Assembly (NCBI GenBank): GCA_965202585.1
Contig: OZ241826.1
Coordinates: 27,714,001-27,778,000 of the forward strand
Reading direction: 5' to 3'
Origin: Thalia democratica
Taxonomy: Eukaryota
Length of the DNA: 64,000 nt
The notes under the pieces were generated by a model, which did no database searches, was not told the DNA's origin, and saw nothing but the letters and a program-made list of their open reading frames with translations. A program made the translations under genes and the position numbers. Positions 63,671 to 64,000 of the stretch are shown in pieces (position 1 is the stretch's first letter; every line of letters starts with the position of its first letter).

Positions 63671-64000
63671 TCTGTTTGGTTGTTTGATGAAAATATAAAC
63701 TGTTAGTCTTAACTATCACAATCAGCAATTTACGATAGTTGCTGAACAATAGCAAAGTAAAGATTAAAGTTTTAAGGTTTAAAAATTATTTTAGAAAAGT
63801 ATTCTAAAACTTAAGTTTAGCTATATAAGTTTTCTTTTAATTCATAAAAAGTAATAATTGAACTTTAAAGAAAACAATAACAATAATATTGTTAAAAAAC
63901 TTAATTAAATGTTTTAAAAATACTTGCTTTTTATTAACAGAAAACCATTGGTGAAATTTTAATAAAATATTAAAACTAACAGTATTACTTTCTGTTAAAC

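Overview
A very AT-rich (roughly 25% GC by eye) stretch of a eukaryotic, probably invertebrate animal, genome with two dominant components. (1) A cluster of Ty3/gypsy LTR derivatives whose features match the CsRn1/Kabuki/Boudicca lineage: tRNA-Trp primer-binding site, CHCC Gag motif, D-S-G protease and a 4-bp TSD. One is an old, nested and degenerate composite (8241-19433) with a signal-peptide, class III fusogen-like env. The other is a very young 4931-bp non-autonomous element (24024-28954) with matching 716-bp LTRs and an AAGT TSD, confirmed by two empty sites elsewhere in the window. In these elements gag starts inside the LTR and reads through the PBS, and the LTRs end in TA and appear to carry an intron. 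A conserved -1 frameshift signal leads into a long disordered pre-protease leader. The young element carries a decayed copy of a host 60S acidic ribosomal protein P2 mRNA where env should be. No RT, RNase H or integrase was recognised in the window. (2) A multi-kb segmental unit present as a large inverted pair (about 19434-33200 versus 43685-52560) plus several partial copies. Each full arm carries an intronless gene for a protein with two tandem PARP/ART-like modules, the second apparently catalytically degenerate. Also present are a hAT (Buster/Charlie) transposase relic, a Penelope GIY-YIG relic, a MULE-type MITE with a 9-bp TSD, hAT-type MITEs and a 32-bp minisatellite. All protein family calls come from motif recognition by eye, not database searches.
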